A DNA stretch of 64,000 nucleotides, from assembly GCA_964460855.1 (NCBI GenBank), contig CAYWQH010000001.1, forward strand, positions 59,868 through 123,867, written 5' to 3'. Position numbers and translations under genes: made by a program. The notes beneath the pieces are model-generated. The model worked only from the letters and a program-made list of their open reading frames with translations. It ran no database searches and was not told the DNA's origin. This DNA comes from an uncultured Candidatus Saccharibacteria bacterium. GTDB lineage: Bacteria > Patescibacteriota > Saccharimonadia > Saccharimonadales > UBA10212. Positions 27,658 through 35,638 of the stretch are shown here, one piece after another; the stretch's first letter is position 1, and every line of letters starts with the position of its first letter.

Positions 27658-30231
27658 TTACAACAGGCCGCACCAAAAGGTGAAGGCGCTGGCGGTACTG
27701 TTGCTGAAAAACAAGGTATTAGGCATTGTGGTTTGGCCGGCAATATTCGAAGCCCAGCGGATAACGAACTTGTCCGAGCCCATTACGCCGAGGTTGGCGC
27801 GGGCGGCCACGCTGTTGCCGCACCAGAAAACCGGCATTGTCGTACCGGTAGCCAACATAGCTACCACCATATACTGCCCCGGCGAGCCGGTGAGCTTTAC
27901 GGTTGAGGTCAAAGCCAAGCTTTGTTCCCCCGTACCGCCGAATGCGGCGGTAACATCGCCGGTCACCGCCATTTTGGTGCCGCGCATATCATAGATAGCC
28001 ATAAAGTTCCGCCCGGCCGTTAGCCCGGATCCAGCTGTTTCGATGCCGACCATAATGTTGCTGACATCCATAAAATCTTCCATCGGAACTTTAGCGATAA
28101 ATATCTGGGCACTAACCGGCGAATTGGTGGACTGGATATCATTGGGGTCAAAGCTCCACGACTTGAACTTATTCATGTTGGGGCGGACGCTGCGGCCCAA
28201 ACTCTTATTGGAAGTGGCCATGTCGTTGGTGACTTTGGGGAAAGCGGCTTGGTAGCCGGGCGTCACGTAGTTCAGGCCGGCAAAGGTGTTCGATACATAA
28301 TTGCCGGAAGGCGGCGGCCCGAGCAGCACCTGGCCGGAGATATTGGCTTTGGGCGGCCAGTAAACGCCTTTAATACTGTCGTAGTTGCCGAGTCCGTCGT
28401 CGGCGGTAGCGATGGAGCGCAATTTGACGTCCGGTTCGGCGGCGGTACCGTATGGCCGGCAAGTAGTTAGCAGCGTTTGTACCAGACCGCCCGTGGCAGT
28501 CATTTGGTAAGGAATAATATAAACGTCTTTAAGCTGCATAGGTATGTCGCGGGTGCCTTGCCAAAGCAGCTGGCGGGAACCAATGCCGGCAATCGTATCG
28601 ACGGCTGTGATGTCCATTCGTTTAGCCACTATGCCGCGGCAACGGGCGTCGACGTTGGCAACATTACTAGCGAATAATCCCTGGTAAGTAGAGTAGCCGG
28701 TCAGTTTATCTACCCGGAGTTCGCGGCAGCCGCCTTCCATTTCGATAATATCGGGGTGCTTATCGGTAAATGTCGAACTGTGGGCGACGATTGGCTGGCC
28801 GGGATCGCCTACGCGGCAGTTCTGGATCTGGACGATAGCTTCCGGGCAGTAAACCTGGAAGCCATCAGATAAGTCCACCCCATGAAGATAAAGTCCTTCG
28901 AGATGGACTACGCCGGTAGCGTTACCAATAAAAATGCCGCGGCTATAAGTATCGGAATCGTTGGGCCGCTGGTCGGGGTGGTCAATCTCACCGCCGATCC
29001 AGACAATATTGCGGCCGCCGCTTAAATAAACGGCACCCGTAGATAGGGTCGAACTAATCGTATTAGGGCAATAAATAACGTAATCTTGGTTGGGAAGTAA
29101 ATTGGGGTAATAGTTGCCGCCGGCTACCAATGTGATTTCTATCGGGTTATCCAGCTCGGGCGGCGCCCAGGTCAGGCGCTGGTCATCTACGGCCGACAGG
29201 CGCGGGTCGGTGGTATCCACGACAGCATTGCCATTGTGCTGCAAGGCGCCGGTAAAATCCTTATCGCCAGTTACCGTTTCGGTACCGGCTAAATGAACAA
29301 CGGACGTATCAGCGGCTTTAGCCGCCAAGCCTGGTACTGTCGGCGAGGCTGCCGTGCCGGCCAAGTCGCCGGCAAGCTGTACGATACCTTTGCTTAAAGT
29401 GGTAGCATCGGCCGCGCCGGAAGGCGTTACCCAGGTCTGGTCACCGCGTAAGAATTTTGTGTTATCAGCCCCTGCTCCACCTAATTGGGCGGTTGGAACT
29501 TTGGAGCCGCTATCGAGCGACGCGTAACCCGAAGCAGCCCCTTTATTGGCGGTACTTTCTTTAGAAGCTAAACCAGGGACTGTAGGCGAAGCAGCCGTAC
29601 CGCCCAAGTCGCCGGCAAGCTGGACGATACCCTTGCTGAGAGTGGTGGCGTCGGGCGCGCCGGCAGGCGCAACCCAGGTTTGGTCGCCGCGCAAGAATTT
29701 AGTGTTATCAGCCCCGGCACCGCCCAATTGGGTTGTAGGTACTTTGGTGCCGCTGTCGAGTGAAGCGTAGCCCGAAGCCGCGCCTTTATTCGCCGTATTT
29801 TCTTTGGCAGACAATCCCGGAACCGTAGGGGACGCGGCGGTACCGCCCAAGTCGCCAGCTAGCTGGACAATGCCCTTGCTTAGAGTAGTAGCATCCGGCG
29901 CCCCGGCTGATGTAGTACTGTCTACATACGCTTTAGTGGCGGCATCCTGCGGATTGGAAGGGTCGGCAACGTTAATAGCCTTCTTACTATTAAATGATAC
30001 GTCGGCGCTGGGCGAAGCCATCGGGCGGGCATCGCTTAACCGCGAATCGGATGTCGAGATAGTACCTAAATTCGAACGGGCAGTAGCGGCATCGGTCGCG
30101 CCGGTGCCGCCTTTAGTTACACCTAAGGTTTTCTGCGAACCGTCGGCGTTATGCTCCTGCGATAAAAAATCATTTAAGATGTCCCCCCAGGTGCCGTCAT
30201 CTGATCCCGGTATGGGCAGGCGATGAGCCAT
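27658..30231 (-). CDS. Phage-tail-fibre-like repeat protein with probable beta-helix core (857 aa)
   Basis: N-terminal GGTGATDAATARSNLG and DAATKAYVD motifs, three 81-aa repeats containing KGIVQLA and FLRGDQTW, then a beta-helix-like region. No signal peptide. Confidence 0.7.
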   Translation of the reverse strand: MAHRLPIPGSDDGTWGDILNDFLSQEHNADGSQKTLGVTKGGTGATDAATARSNLGTISTSDSRLSDARPMASPSADVSFNSKKAINVADPSNPQDAATKAYVDSTTSAGAPDATTLSKGIVQLAGDLGGTAASPTVPGLSAKENTANKGAASGYASLDSGTKVPTTQLGGAGADNTKFLRGDQTWVAPAGAPDATTLSKGIVQLAGDLGGTAASPTVPGLASKESTANKGAASGYASLDSGSKVPTAQLGGAGADNTKFLRGDQTWVTPSGAADATTLSKGIVQLAGDLAGTAASPTVPGLAAKAADTSVVHLAGTETVTGDKDFTGALQHNGNAVVDTTDPRLSAVDDQRLTWAPPELDNPIEITLVAGGNYYPNLLPNQDYVIYCPNTISSTLSTGAVYLSGGRNIVWIGGEIDHPDQRPNDSDTYSRGIFIGNATGVVHLEGLYLHGVDLSDGFQVYCPEAIVQIQNCRVGDPGQPIVAHSSTFTDKHPDIIEMEGGCRELRVDKLTGYSTYQGLFASNVANVDARCRGIVAKRMDITAVDTIAGIGSRQLLWQGTRDIPMQLKDVYIIPYQMTATGGLVQTLLTTCRPYGTAAEPDVKLRSIATADDGLGNYDSIKGVYWPPKANISGQVLLGPPPSGNYVSNTFAGLNYVTPGYQAAFPKVTNDMATSNKSLGRSVRPNMNKFKSWSFDPNDIQSTNSPVSAQIFIAKVPMEDFMDVSNIMVGIETAGSGLTAGRNFMAIYDMRGTKMAVTGDVTAAFGGTGEQSLALTSTVKLTGSPGQYMVVAMLATGTTMPVFWCGNSVAARANLGVMGSDKFVIRWASNIAGQTTMPNTLFFSNSTASAFTFWCGLL
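29317..29904 (-). repeat. Tandem in-frame coding repeats, period 243 nt (2 full copies plus 1 partial)
   Basis: CCAAGTCGCCGGCAAGCTG.ACGATACC.TTGCT recurs at about 29361, 29604 and (diverged) 29847. At protein level APDATTLSKGIVQLAGDLGGTAASPTVPGL occurs three times. Confidence 0.9.
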
Positions 30232-30294
30232 TGCTACTCCATGTTATGCTAATGGCTATTTTAGCAATTTTTTGCACAAATTTGTATCTGTAAT

Positions 30295-30984
30295 TTAGCC
30301 GGCGAATTCGTAGCCCGGGAAGTAATCGGTTTTAATCTGGTCCTCGGGAATATCCATACCCTTCAAAACTTCAACGTAATGCTCAACCATTGGTTCCGGC
30401 CCGGATACGTAAATAATTGCATTTGGCTTTTGATTAATAAGTAGTTTTAAATCATCGGCTTCGATTTTTTTATCGCCGGTGAAGTAGTGAATCTTAAATT
30501 CCGGATGCCGCTTTTGGACGGCTTCGAACTCGGCTTTAAATATAAAATCTTCGTCGCGGTTGGCATACATTAAGTCAACGTTCAGTGGCTGGCTGTCGTG
30601 GTCCAGCTGGCAAATTATCGAATGGAAAGGCGTGATACCGATGCCGCCGGCTACGAAAATATAATCTTGCTGCGGGTCTTCAACCACAAAATCGCCTTCG
30701 GGCGGGTCGGCTTCTATTTCGGCGCCCACATTTAAATCGAGCAGGGCGTTTTTAAAACTGCTGCCTTTGTCGCTGGCAATACGAGTAGTGATAGTTGGCT
30801 GGCCGGCGTAAGGCGGGGCAGAGATAGTAAACCAGCGGCGCTCTCCCCTATCGTCCTCATTCTTATGCGGCAAGTCATAATACATAAATTGGCCGGCCTG
30901 CCATTCGATTTTTTTGGCAGGCTCCCAAATAAAAGTTTTAACACCCGGTATTTCTGATTTAACGCTTACTAATTTTAGCTTCAT
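30295..30984 (-). CDS. FAD/NAD(P)-binding oxidoreductase (ferredoxin-NADP reductase-like fold)
   Basis: RWFTISAPP (R-x-F/Y-S/T-type FAD motif) and AGGIGITPFHS (NAD(P) motif). 229 aa. Confidence 0.8.
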   Translation of the reverse strand: MKLKLVSVKSEIPGVKTFIWEPAKKIEWQAGQFMYYDLPHKNEDDRGERRWFTISAPPYAGQPTITTRIASDKGSSFKNALLDLNVGAEIEADPPEGDFVVEDPQQDYIFVAGGIGITPFHSIICQLDHDSQPLNVDLMYANRDEDFIFKAEFEAVQKRHPEFKIHYFTGDKKIEADDLKLLINQKPNAIIYVSGPEPMVEHYVEVLKGMDIPEDQIKTDYFPGYEFAG

Positions 30985-31084
30985 AATTTTCCGGCCTTAC
31001 ATAATATAGAAATTGTAACCTTTTAATTGTAAATGCCGGCCTAAGCCAAAAAAAGCATATGCGGATAAAAGTAACACAGCGCCA

Positions 31085-31113
31085 TTGGTTTTAAGGTGTT
31101 ATTATGGTATATT
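31085..31113 (+). promoter_or_regulatory. Candidate promoter for tRNA-Met
   Basis: TTGGTT (31085-31090), 17-nt spacer, TGgTATATT extended -10 (31105-31113), 12 nt before the tRNA 5' end. Confidence 0.45.
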
Positions 31114-31125
31114 CTGATCTGTTAA

Positions 31126-31202
31126 GGCAGGGTAGCTCAGTTGGTTAGAGCACAGGACTCATAAGCCTGGGGTCGCGAGTTCAAATCTCGCCCCTGCTAC
31201 CA
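31126..31202 (+). tRNA. tRNA-Met (anticodon CAU), elongator type, CCA encoded
   Basis: GGCAGGG/TA/GCTC-AGTTGGTTA-GAGC/A/CAGGA-CTCATAA-GCCTG/GGGTC/GCGAG-TTCAAAT-CTCGC/CCCTGCT/A/CCA. The D and anticodon region closely resemble E. coli elongator tRNA-Met. Confidence 0.85.
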
Positions 31203-31214
31203 GAGCGCACGAAC

Positions 31215-31260
31215 GACAAGCTTTTACGAGAAGCAAAGCTCCTCGCCAAGCTTGTCTTTT
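31215..31260 (+). terminator. Hairpin plus T-run 3' of tRNA-Met (first part of the conserved module)
   Basis: GACAAGCTT...AAGCTTGTC 9-bp outer stem, loop core GAAGCAAAGCTCC, then TTTT. Confidence 0.7.
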
Positions 31261-31266
31261 CATTTG

Positions 31267-31354
31267 TGGCGGTGTCAAAACTTCCGGTGCTCGCAGCAGT
31301 ACTATTTGTACAGCTGCTTCCGCTCCTCAGTTTTTCCTACCCACAAATGAAATC
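31267..31354 (+). repeat. Conserved non-coding block A, copy 1 (partner at 58298-58385 on the minus strand)
   Basis: Hand alignment with the reverse complement of 58298-58385 gives about 70 of ~89 positions identical (TGGCGGTGTCA..TCCGGTGCTC..GCAGTACT..TGTACAGCT.CTTCCGCTCCTC..TTCCTACCCA..GAAATC). Confidence 0.8.
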
Positions 31355-31496
31355 GAGCGCTCTGGTTATGCCCGCAATTGATGTGGAGCGAAAACTCTCG
31401 CAGAAGCTTGCTTCGAGAAAGTTTGAGCGGAAGAGGACGAAGTCCGCTAATCTCGCTTTGGGCTTATACTGTGAATTGCTGGTAAACTTTAGCTGT

Positions 31497-32198
31497 ATGG
31501 CAAATACATCATGGCTCAATAAAGACGCTTCGCCATTAATGGGCAGAGTGCTCGATTACATATTCCCGAACTTTACCGAACTGCATTATTTTATATTGAT
31601 TTTTGTGATTGGCGCCGGCATGGTTTTTTACCAACCATCGGAACTGGCTGTATATGCCGGTAATTTCCCGTTATATGGCTTAATTATTGCTGCGGCAGTG
31701 CTGGCCAGCTTGTATATTCTGCTTAAAAATAAAGTTTACGGAAAAAGAGTTAAATCTGTCATCGCGGCTTTTTATTTTTTAATTTTCGCCATATTAGCTT
31801 ATAACGCAATAAGCGAGGCTGCTATACCCAAAGACGGCACACTTTTCGATATGATAAATTTCTGGCTAGTAAGGTTATCGTTATTGCTGGCAGTAATTAG
31901 GGGAGCCATAGTTTATCTATTTGGCCGGGTATCTTTAGAATCCGATGATTACTGGTTCTTTGATGTGTTTGACCGCAACTTTGATGATACGCAATTTAAA
32001 ATCCAAGGTTTTTTGCTGGCCACGCTAACAGCCTGCAGCATATTTTTAATTTTAAGCCGCCACTACCCTGGCCCGGCTACCGTGGTGCTGCTCGCGTACT
32101 CATATACAAATTTATTGCTGGCTTGTACCCGGCCGTTAATCGGAAAATACATTGCTTATCCTTTAAATAGCGATGCAACGGGTATGGTAGAAAACTAA
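31497..32198 (+). CDS. Hypothetical polytopic membrane protein
   Basis: Start moved to the ATG at 31497 (MANTSWLNKD..) because the longer ORF from 31266 runs through the conserved non-coding module. 6-7 TM helices. Confidence 0.5.
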   Translation: MANTSWLNKDASPLMGRVLDYIFPNFTELHYFILIFVIGAGMVFYQPSELAVYAGNFPLYGLIIAAAVLASLYILLKNKVYGKRVKSVIAAFYFLIFAILAYNAISEAAIPKDGTLFDMINFWLVRLSLLLAVIRGAIVYLFGRVSLESDDYWFFDVFDRNFDDTQFKIQGFLLATLTACSIFLILSRHYPGPATVVLLAYSYTNLLLACTRPLIGKYIAYPLNSDATGMVEN

Positions 32199-32211
32199 TA
32201 AAAATGCGATA

Positions 32212-32238
32212 TAAAAAAGCTCCCCGGTTGGGGAGCTA
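32212..32238. terminator. Rho-independent terminator (strong on the minus strand, weaker on the plus strand)
   Basis: AAAAAA-GCTCCCC-ggtt-GGGGAGC-TATTT. On the minus strand the stem is followed by TTTTTT. Confidence 0.7.
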
Positions 32239-32256
32239 TTTGGTTATGACGACTGA

Positions 32257-32352
32257 TTATTCAGATAAAATTGGGTCGATTGCTAGGATGGCGCTGTCGT
32301 TGGTGGGCAAAAGCTCGAACGACAATTGGCCGGTGGTTTGAATGCTACTCAT
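32257..32352 (-). CDS. Candidate 31-aa acidic peptide (below the ORF-track cutoff)
   Basis: Hand translation gives MSSIQTTGQLSFELLPTNDSAILAIDPILSE. AAGGAAAAG lies upstream of the ATG. Bracketed by a consensus promoter and a terminator. Confidence 0.4.
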   Translation of the reverse strand: MSSIQTTGQLSFELLPTNDSAILAIDPILSE

Positions 32353-32404
32353 TGTGCTTTTCCTTTTTTTATTTTTGTTTGTGTTATTCGCGATAACAAT
32401 TAAC

Positions 32405-32432
32405 ATTATACATGAGTTTGACAGAATGTCAA
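32405..32432 (-). promoter_or_regulatory. Consensus sigma70 promoter driving the 31-aa ORF unit
   Basis: On the minus strand: TTGACA (32432-32427), 16-nt spacer, TATAAT (32410-32405). The -35 box is half of the perfect palindrome TTGACA-GAA-TGTCAA (32418-32432). Confidence 0.6.
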
Positions 32433-32534
32433 TAGGCTTATGCTAAATTGTTTCGCTTTGTTTGTTTTAACTAAGACTAAAAATAAAATAACATAGTTAA
32501 CTTGTTAAGCAAAAGTTTTTTGGCCGGGCAGGGG

Positions 32535-33269
32535 TTATTGGCTTTTCATTTTGAGCATTGTGCCGGTAGCCATCTGGGCTATAGCAATCAGAGCTACGAA
32601 AAGCCAAATCATGCTGCCAGTAACTAAAATGGCAATTATAGATAGCAGCAGGAATGCTGCCCCGAGGGCAATAAAGAACCAGGGCGCTTGCGGCTGGGAG
32701 CTTATTTTTTCCGGCTCATCTTTAAGGACGCGTTCGAAGCGGTTAATAAACGAGCCGTGCTCCTGGGCATGCATTTCCACTTTGCTTTTAGCCTGGCTGA
32801 TCTCTTTATGCCCCTGCTCTACTTTTTGGCTGGCCTGCTGCACGGCTTCGTGGGTAGACTTAACCTGGTTTTCTAATTCTGCCGCGGTGAACTTGTCGAT
32901 AGCCGGCTCCGGCGTAGGCATATTCATTTCGTAATTCGGTTCGGGCGGTTTGCCGAGTGAACTTATTAAATCTTCGGCTTTAAAGCCTACGTCAATTTTT
33001 GGCTGACCGCCTTTGCCCTGTTTAACTTGCTGGGCAGCCAGTTTTTCTTTCTGTTTGGCCTCTTCCAGCTGGGCTTTGGATTCCTCGGCTTTTGCTTGGG
33101 CGGCGGCCATCTCTCGTGCTAATTGTTCTTCATTCTCTATAATCTGCTGCTCGGCATTCTTAGCTTGCTGCAGCGCCTCCTCCATGGCTTTTTGGGCCTG
33201 CTCCTGGCGCTGTTGGGCTATATCCAGCTGTTCCGTAATCTGTTGCGGGTCCGGTTCTTGTGGTTGCAT
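32535..33269 (-). CDS. Gln/Glu/Ala-rich coiled-coil protein with C-terminal double TM anchor
   Basis: 244-aa ORF with about 190 aa of heptad-like QEAK-rich sequence followed by two TM helices. Confidence 0.5.
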   Translation of the reverse strand: MQPQEPDPQQITEQLDIAQQRQEQAQKAMEEALQQAKNAEQQIIENEEQLAREMAAAQAKAEESKAQLEEAKQKEKLAAQQVKQGKGGQPKIDVGFKAEDLISSLGKPPEPNYEMNMPTPEPAIDKFTAAELENQVKSTHEAVQQASQKVEQGHKEISQAKSKVEMHAQEHGSFINRFERVLKDEPEKISSQPQAPWFFIALGAAFLLLSIIAILVTGSMIWLFVALIAIAQMATGTMLKMKSQ

Positions 33270-33395
33270 ATATACTCCTTTTTCGGCCTTAACTTTAAGC
33301 CTTGCTCAAGCTATTGGCTATAAACTATTTAACATTAACTGGCATGGCGAAGCGGCTGATCTGTATAATAAGAGAAACAATAATATGGAGGTGAT

Positions 33396-33806
33396 ATGAG
33401 AGGACCGATCGACTACATCATCGTGGGCTTCGAAGGCAATAAATTTGACGGCAGCATCATGAAAGCCCTTGGCGATGCGGTTGATAAAGGGATTATTGAT
33501 ATTGTCGCCTTATCCATGATTACCAAAGACAAAGACGGCAATGTGTCTGCCCTGGACGCCACAAACCTGGGCGATAGCTACGCCGTAGAAATCGCCACCA
33601 AATATAAGGACGCTTCCAGCAAGCAAGTCACCCAGGACGATTTAGACGAAGTTTCAGAACTTCTAGAAAATAATACGTCGGCCGGACTGCTGGTAATAGA
33701 ACAGTTATGGGCCATCCCGTTAAAGCAAGCATTAATAGACGCTAACGGCGTATTAGTCGCCGAAGGCCGCATCCACCCGGACGCCGCCGCCGAATTAGAT
33801 AAATAA
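33396..33806 (+). CDS. Conserved small protein (family I recall as DUF6325-like; name uncertain), paralogue of 43138-43566
   Basis: MRGPIDYIIVGFEGNKFDGS.. and ..TSAGLLVIEQLWA..EGRIHP. GGAGGTGAT lies upstream of the ATG. Clear alignment with the 43138-43566 product. Confidence 0.6.
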   Translation: MRGPIDYIIVGFEGNKFDGSIMKALGDAVDKGIIDIVALSMITKDKDGNVSALDATNLGDSYAVEIATKYKDASSKQVTQDDLDEVSELLENNTSAGLLVIEQLWAIPLKQALIDANGVLVAEGRIHPDAAAELDK

Positions 33807-33819
33807 GGAGTACATAGAT

Positions 33820-34068
33820 ATGCCAGGATTATTACGAGGCGTAGCCCGAACAGCAGTTATTGCCGGAACCGCCACCCACGTGTCAAACAACGTTAGCCGC
33901 CGCCAAGCCCAGCGCTGGGCCGCCGAAAACCCGCAGCCAATGGAAGCTGCTCCAGCCCCTGCTACCGACCCTTACGCCGAGCTGGAAAAGCTCGGACAGC
34001 TCAAAGAGCAAGGCATCTTAACCCAAGAAGAATTCGACGCCAAGAAAAAACAGCTGCTCGGCTTGTAA
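33820..34068 (+). CDS. SHOCT-domain protein
   Basis: C-terminal ELEKLGQLKEQGILTQEEFDAKKKQLLGL matches the SHOCT pattern. AAGGAG lies upstream. Confidence 0.7.
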   Translation: MPGLLRGVARTAVIAGTATHVSNNVSRRQAQRWAAENPQPMEAAPAPATDPYAELEKLGQLKEQGILTQEEFDAKKKQLLGL

Positions 34069-34070
34069 GT

Positions 34071-35576
34071 TTAAGCCGGTTTAGGATTATCGTCGCGCCC
34101 TCTTAAGGGCGCGTCTTTAAGCCGCAGGGCAATTATCAGCGCCAATATGGCGAAAGGTACGCCGGCTAAGAATAAGTCTCCAAAAGACAAGCCGAAAGCT
34201 TCGAGGATTGTGCGGTGGACATCGGGCGGCAAGTCTTTTAGCTTAGCTGCGCTTTGCTGCAAGTTGGCCGAAGCGTTGTTGGCCGCAGCGCCCGGCAAAA
34301 ATAAGTGAAGATAGTGGATCAGCCGGTTTGTCAGGATAGCGCCAAAAATAGCCGCGCCAATTGAGCTGCCAATGCTGCGGAAAAAAGATACTGAGCTGGT
34401 GGCCGTACCTAAATCTTCGCGGTCTACGGAGTTTTGGGCGGCCAAAGTTAATATCGGCATGATCTGGCCAATGCCCAGGCCCAGTACAAACATCCAAAGG
34501 GCTATGAGCGTGCGGCTGGTTTCAAATGTAATATGGCTAAGCAATATTAAAGACACTACCAGCATCGACGAGCCGATAATCGGAAATATGCGGTAACTGT
34601 TGCGCTTGGAAGTCAGCCGGCCGGCGACAATCGAGCTTATCAACAAGCCCAAAACCAGCGGAAACATCAGCAGGCCTGACTTAGTTGCCGAATCGCCGCG
34701 GACTAACTGCTGGTATTCCGGTAAAAAGATAATCGCCCCGAACATCACTATTCCCACTACAAAACTCAGCATGGTCGTTACCCGAAAAATACTGTTTTTA
34801 AACAAATGCAGCGGGATAATTGGCTCGTTGGCATGGCGCTCGCGCCAGATAAATAAGACAGCGGCTACCAAGCTGAGCGCGAACAGTCCTACAAGTTGGC
34901 CGGACAGCCAGGCGTATTTGTCGCCGCCCCACTCCAAACCCAACAGTAAAGCTATTCCGGAGACAGACAATAAACCGGCGCCCAGGTAATCCACTTGATG
35001 AGGTGATTTTTTAACCGGCAGATGCAAGCGCGTCGATATAACCGCCATCGTAAACAGGCCGATCGGAACATTGATATAAAACACCCAGCGCCAGCTGAAG
35101 TTATCAGTTATAAAACCGCCCAGCAACGGACCGATGACGCTGGAAATTCCAAATACGCCGCCAAACAAGCCCTGGTAGCGGCCACGCTCGCGCGGCGGCA
35201 CAACATCGCCGATTATAGCTAAAACTAGCGTGAACAATCCGCCGGCACCTAAACCTTGTAAGCCGCGGAAGAAGATAAGCTGGCTCATGTTCTGGCTTAG
35301 CCCGCACAATATCGAGCCGACTAAGAAAATACCAATCGCAAACAAAAAGATTTTCTTACGGCCATACATGTCGCTGATTTTGCCGTAGATCGGCGTCGAA
35401 ATCGCACTGGTCAACAGGTACGAAGTCGCCACCCAAGAATATTCGCTCAGTCCATTTAGGTCATTAACGATCGTCGGCATGGCCGTCGATACAATAGTTT
35501 GGTCCAGCGCAGCCAGCAGCATAGCCAGCATCAAAGCACCAATAATAACCTTTAAGTTAGTCGCGGTTTCCGGCAA
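34071..35576 (-). CDS. MFS transporter, 14-TM drug:H+ antiporter (DHA2/EmrB-like)
   Basis: 501 aa, 14 predicted TM helices, GKISDMYGRKK (motif A-like) and LQGLGAGG motifs. Confidence 0.9.
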   Translation of the reverse strand: MPETATNLKVIIGALMLAMLLAALDQTIVSTAMPTIVNDLNGLSEYSWVATSYLLTSAISTPIYGKISDMYGRKKIFLFAIGIFLVGSILCGLSQNMSQLIFFRGLQGLGAGGLFTLVLAIIGDVVPPRERGRYQGLFGGVFGISSVIGPLLGGFITDNFSWRWVFYINVPIGLFTMAVISTRLHLPVKKSPHQVDYLGAGLLSVSGIALLLGLEWGGDKYAWLSGQLVGLFALSLVAAVLFIWRERHANEPIIPLHLFKNSIFRVTTMLSFVVGIVMFGAIIFLPEYQQLVRGDSATKSGLLMFPLVLGLLISSIVAGRLTSKRNSYRIFPIIGSSMLVVSLILLSHITFETSRTLIALWMFVLGLGIGQIMPILTLAAQNSVDREDLGTATSSVSFFRSIGSSIGAAIFGAILTNRLIHYLHLFLPGAAANNASANLQQSAAKLKDLPPDVHRTILEAFGLSFGDLFLAGVPFAILALIIALRLKDAPLRGRDDNPKPA

Positions 35577-35638
35577 AATTTTATTTCCAATTAAAACTTA
35601 ACAACTATTATAACTTAACTTGTTTAGGGTTTTAAAGC

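Noticed and set aside
29317-29904. Regularly spaced repeats that could at first glance be mistaken for a CRISPR-like array.
   Set aside because: The period is 243 nt with no unique spacers. The repeats are in frame and encode a repeated 81-aa protein unit inside a long ORF.
25722-30231. The possibility that the tail-fibre-like gene marks a prophage.
   Set aside because: No other phage structural, replication, lysis or integration genes flank it within the window. Its neighbours are tatA/tatC and an oxidoreductase.
31266-31496. The N-terminal 77 codons of ORF 31266-32198.
   Set aside because: This stretch coincides with the non-coding module shared with 58.3 kb, and the two copies align best with frame-breaking indels. 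The membrane protein more plausibly starts at the ATG at 31497.
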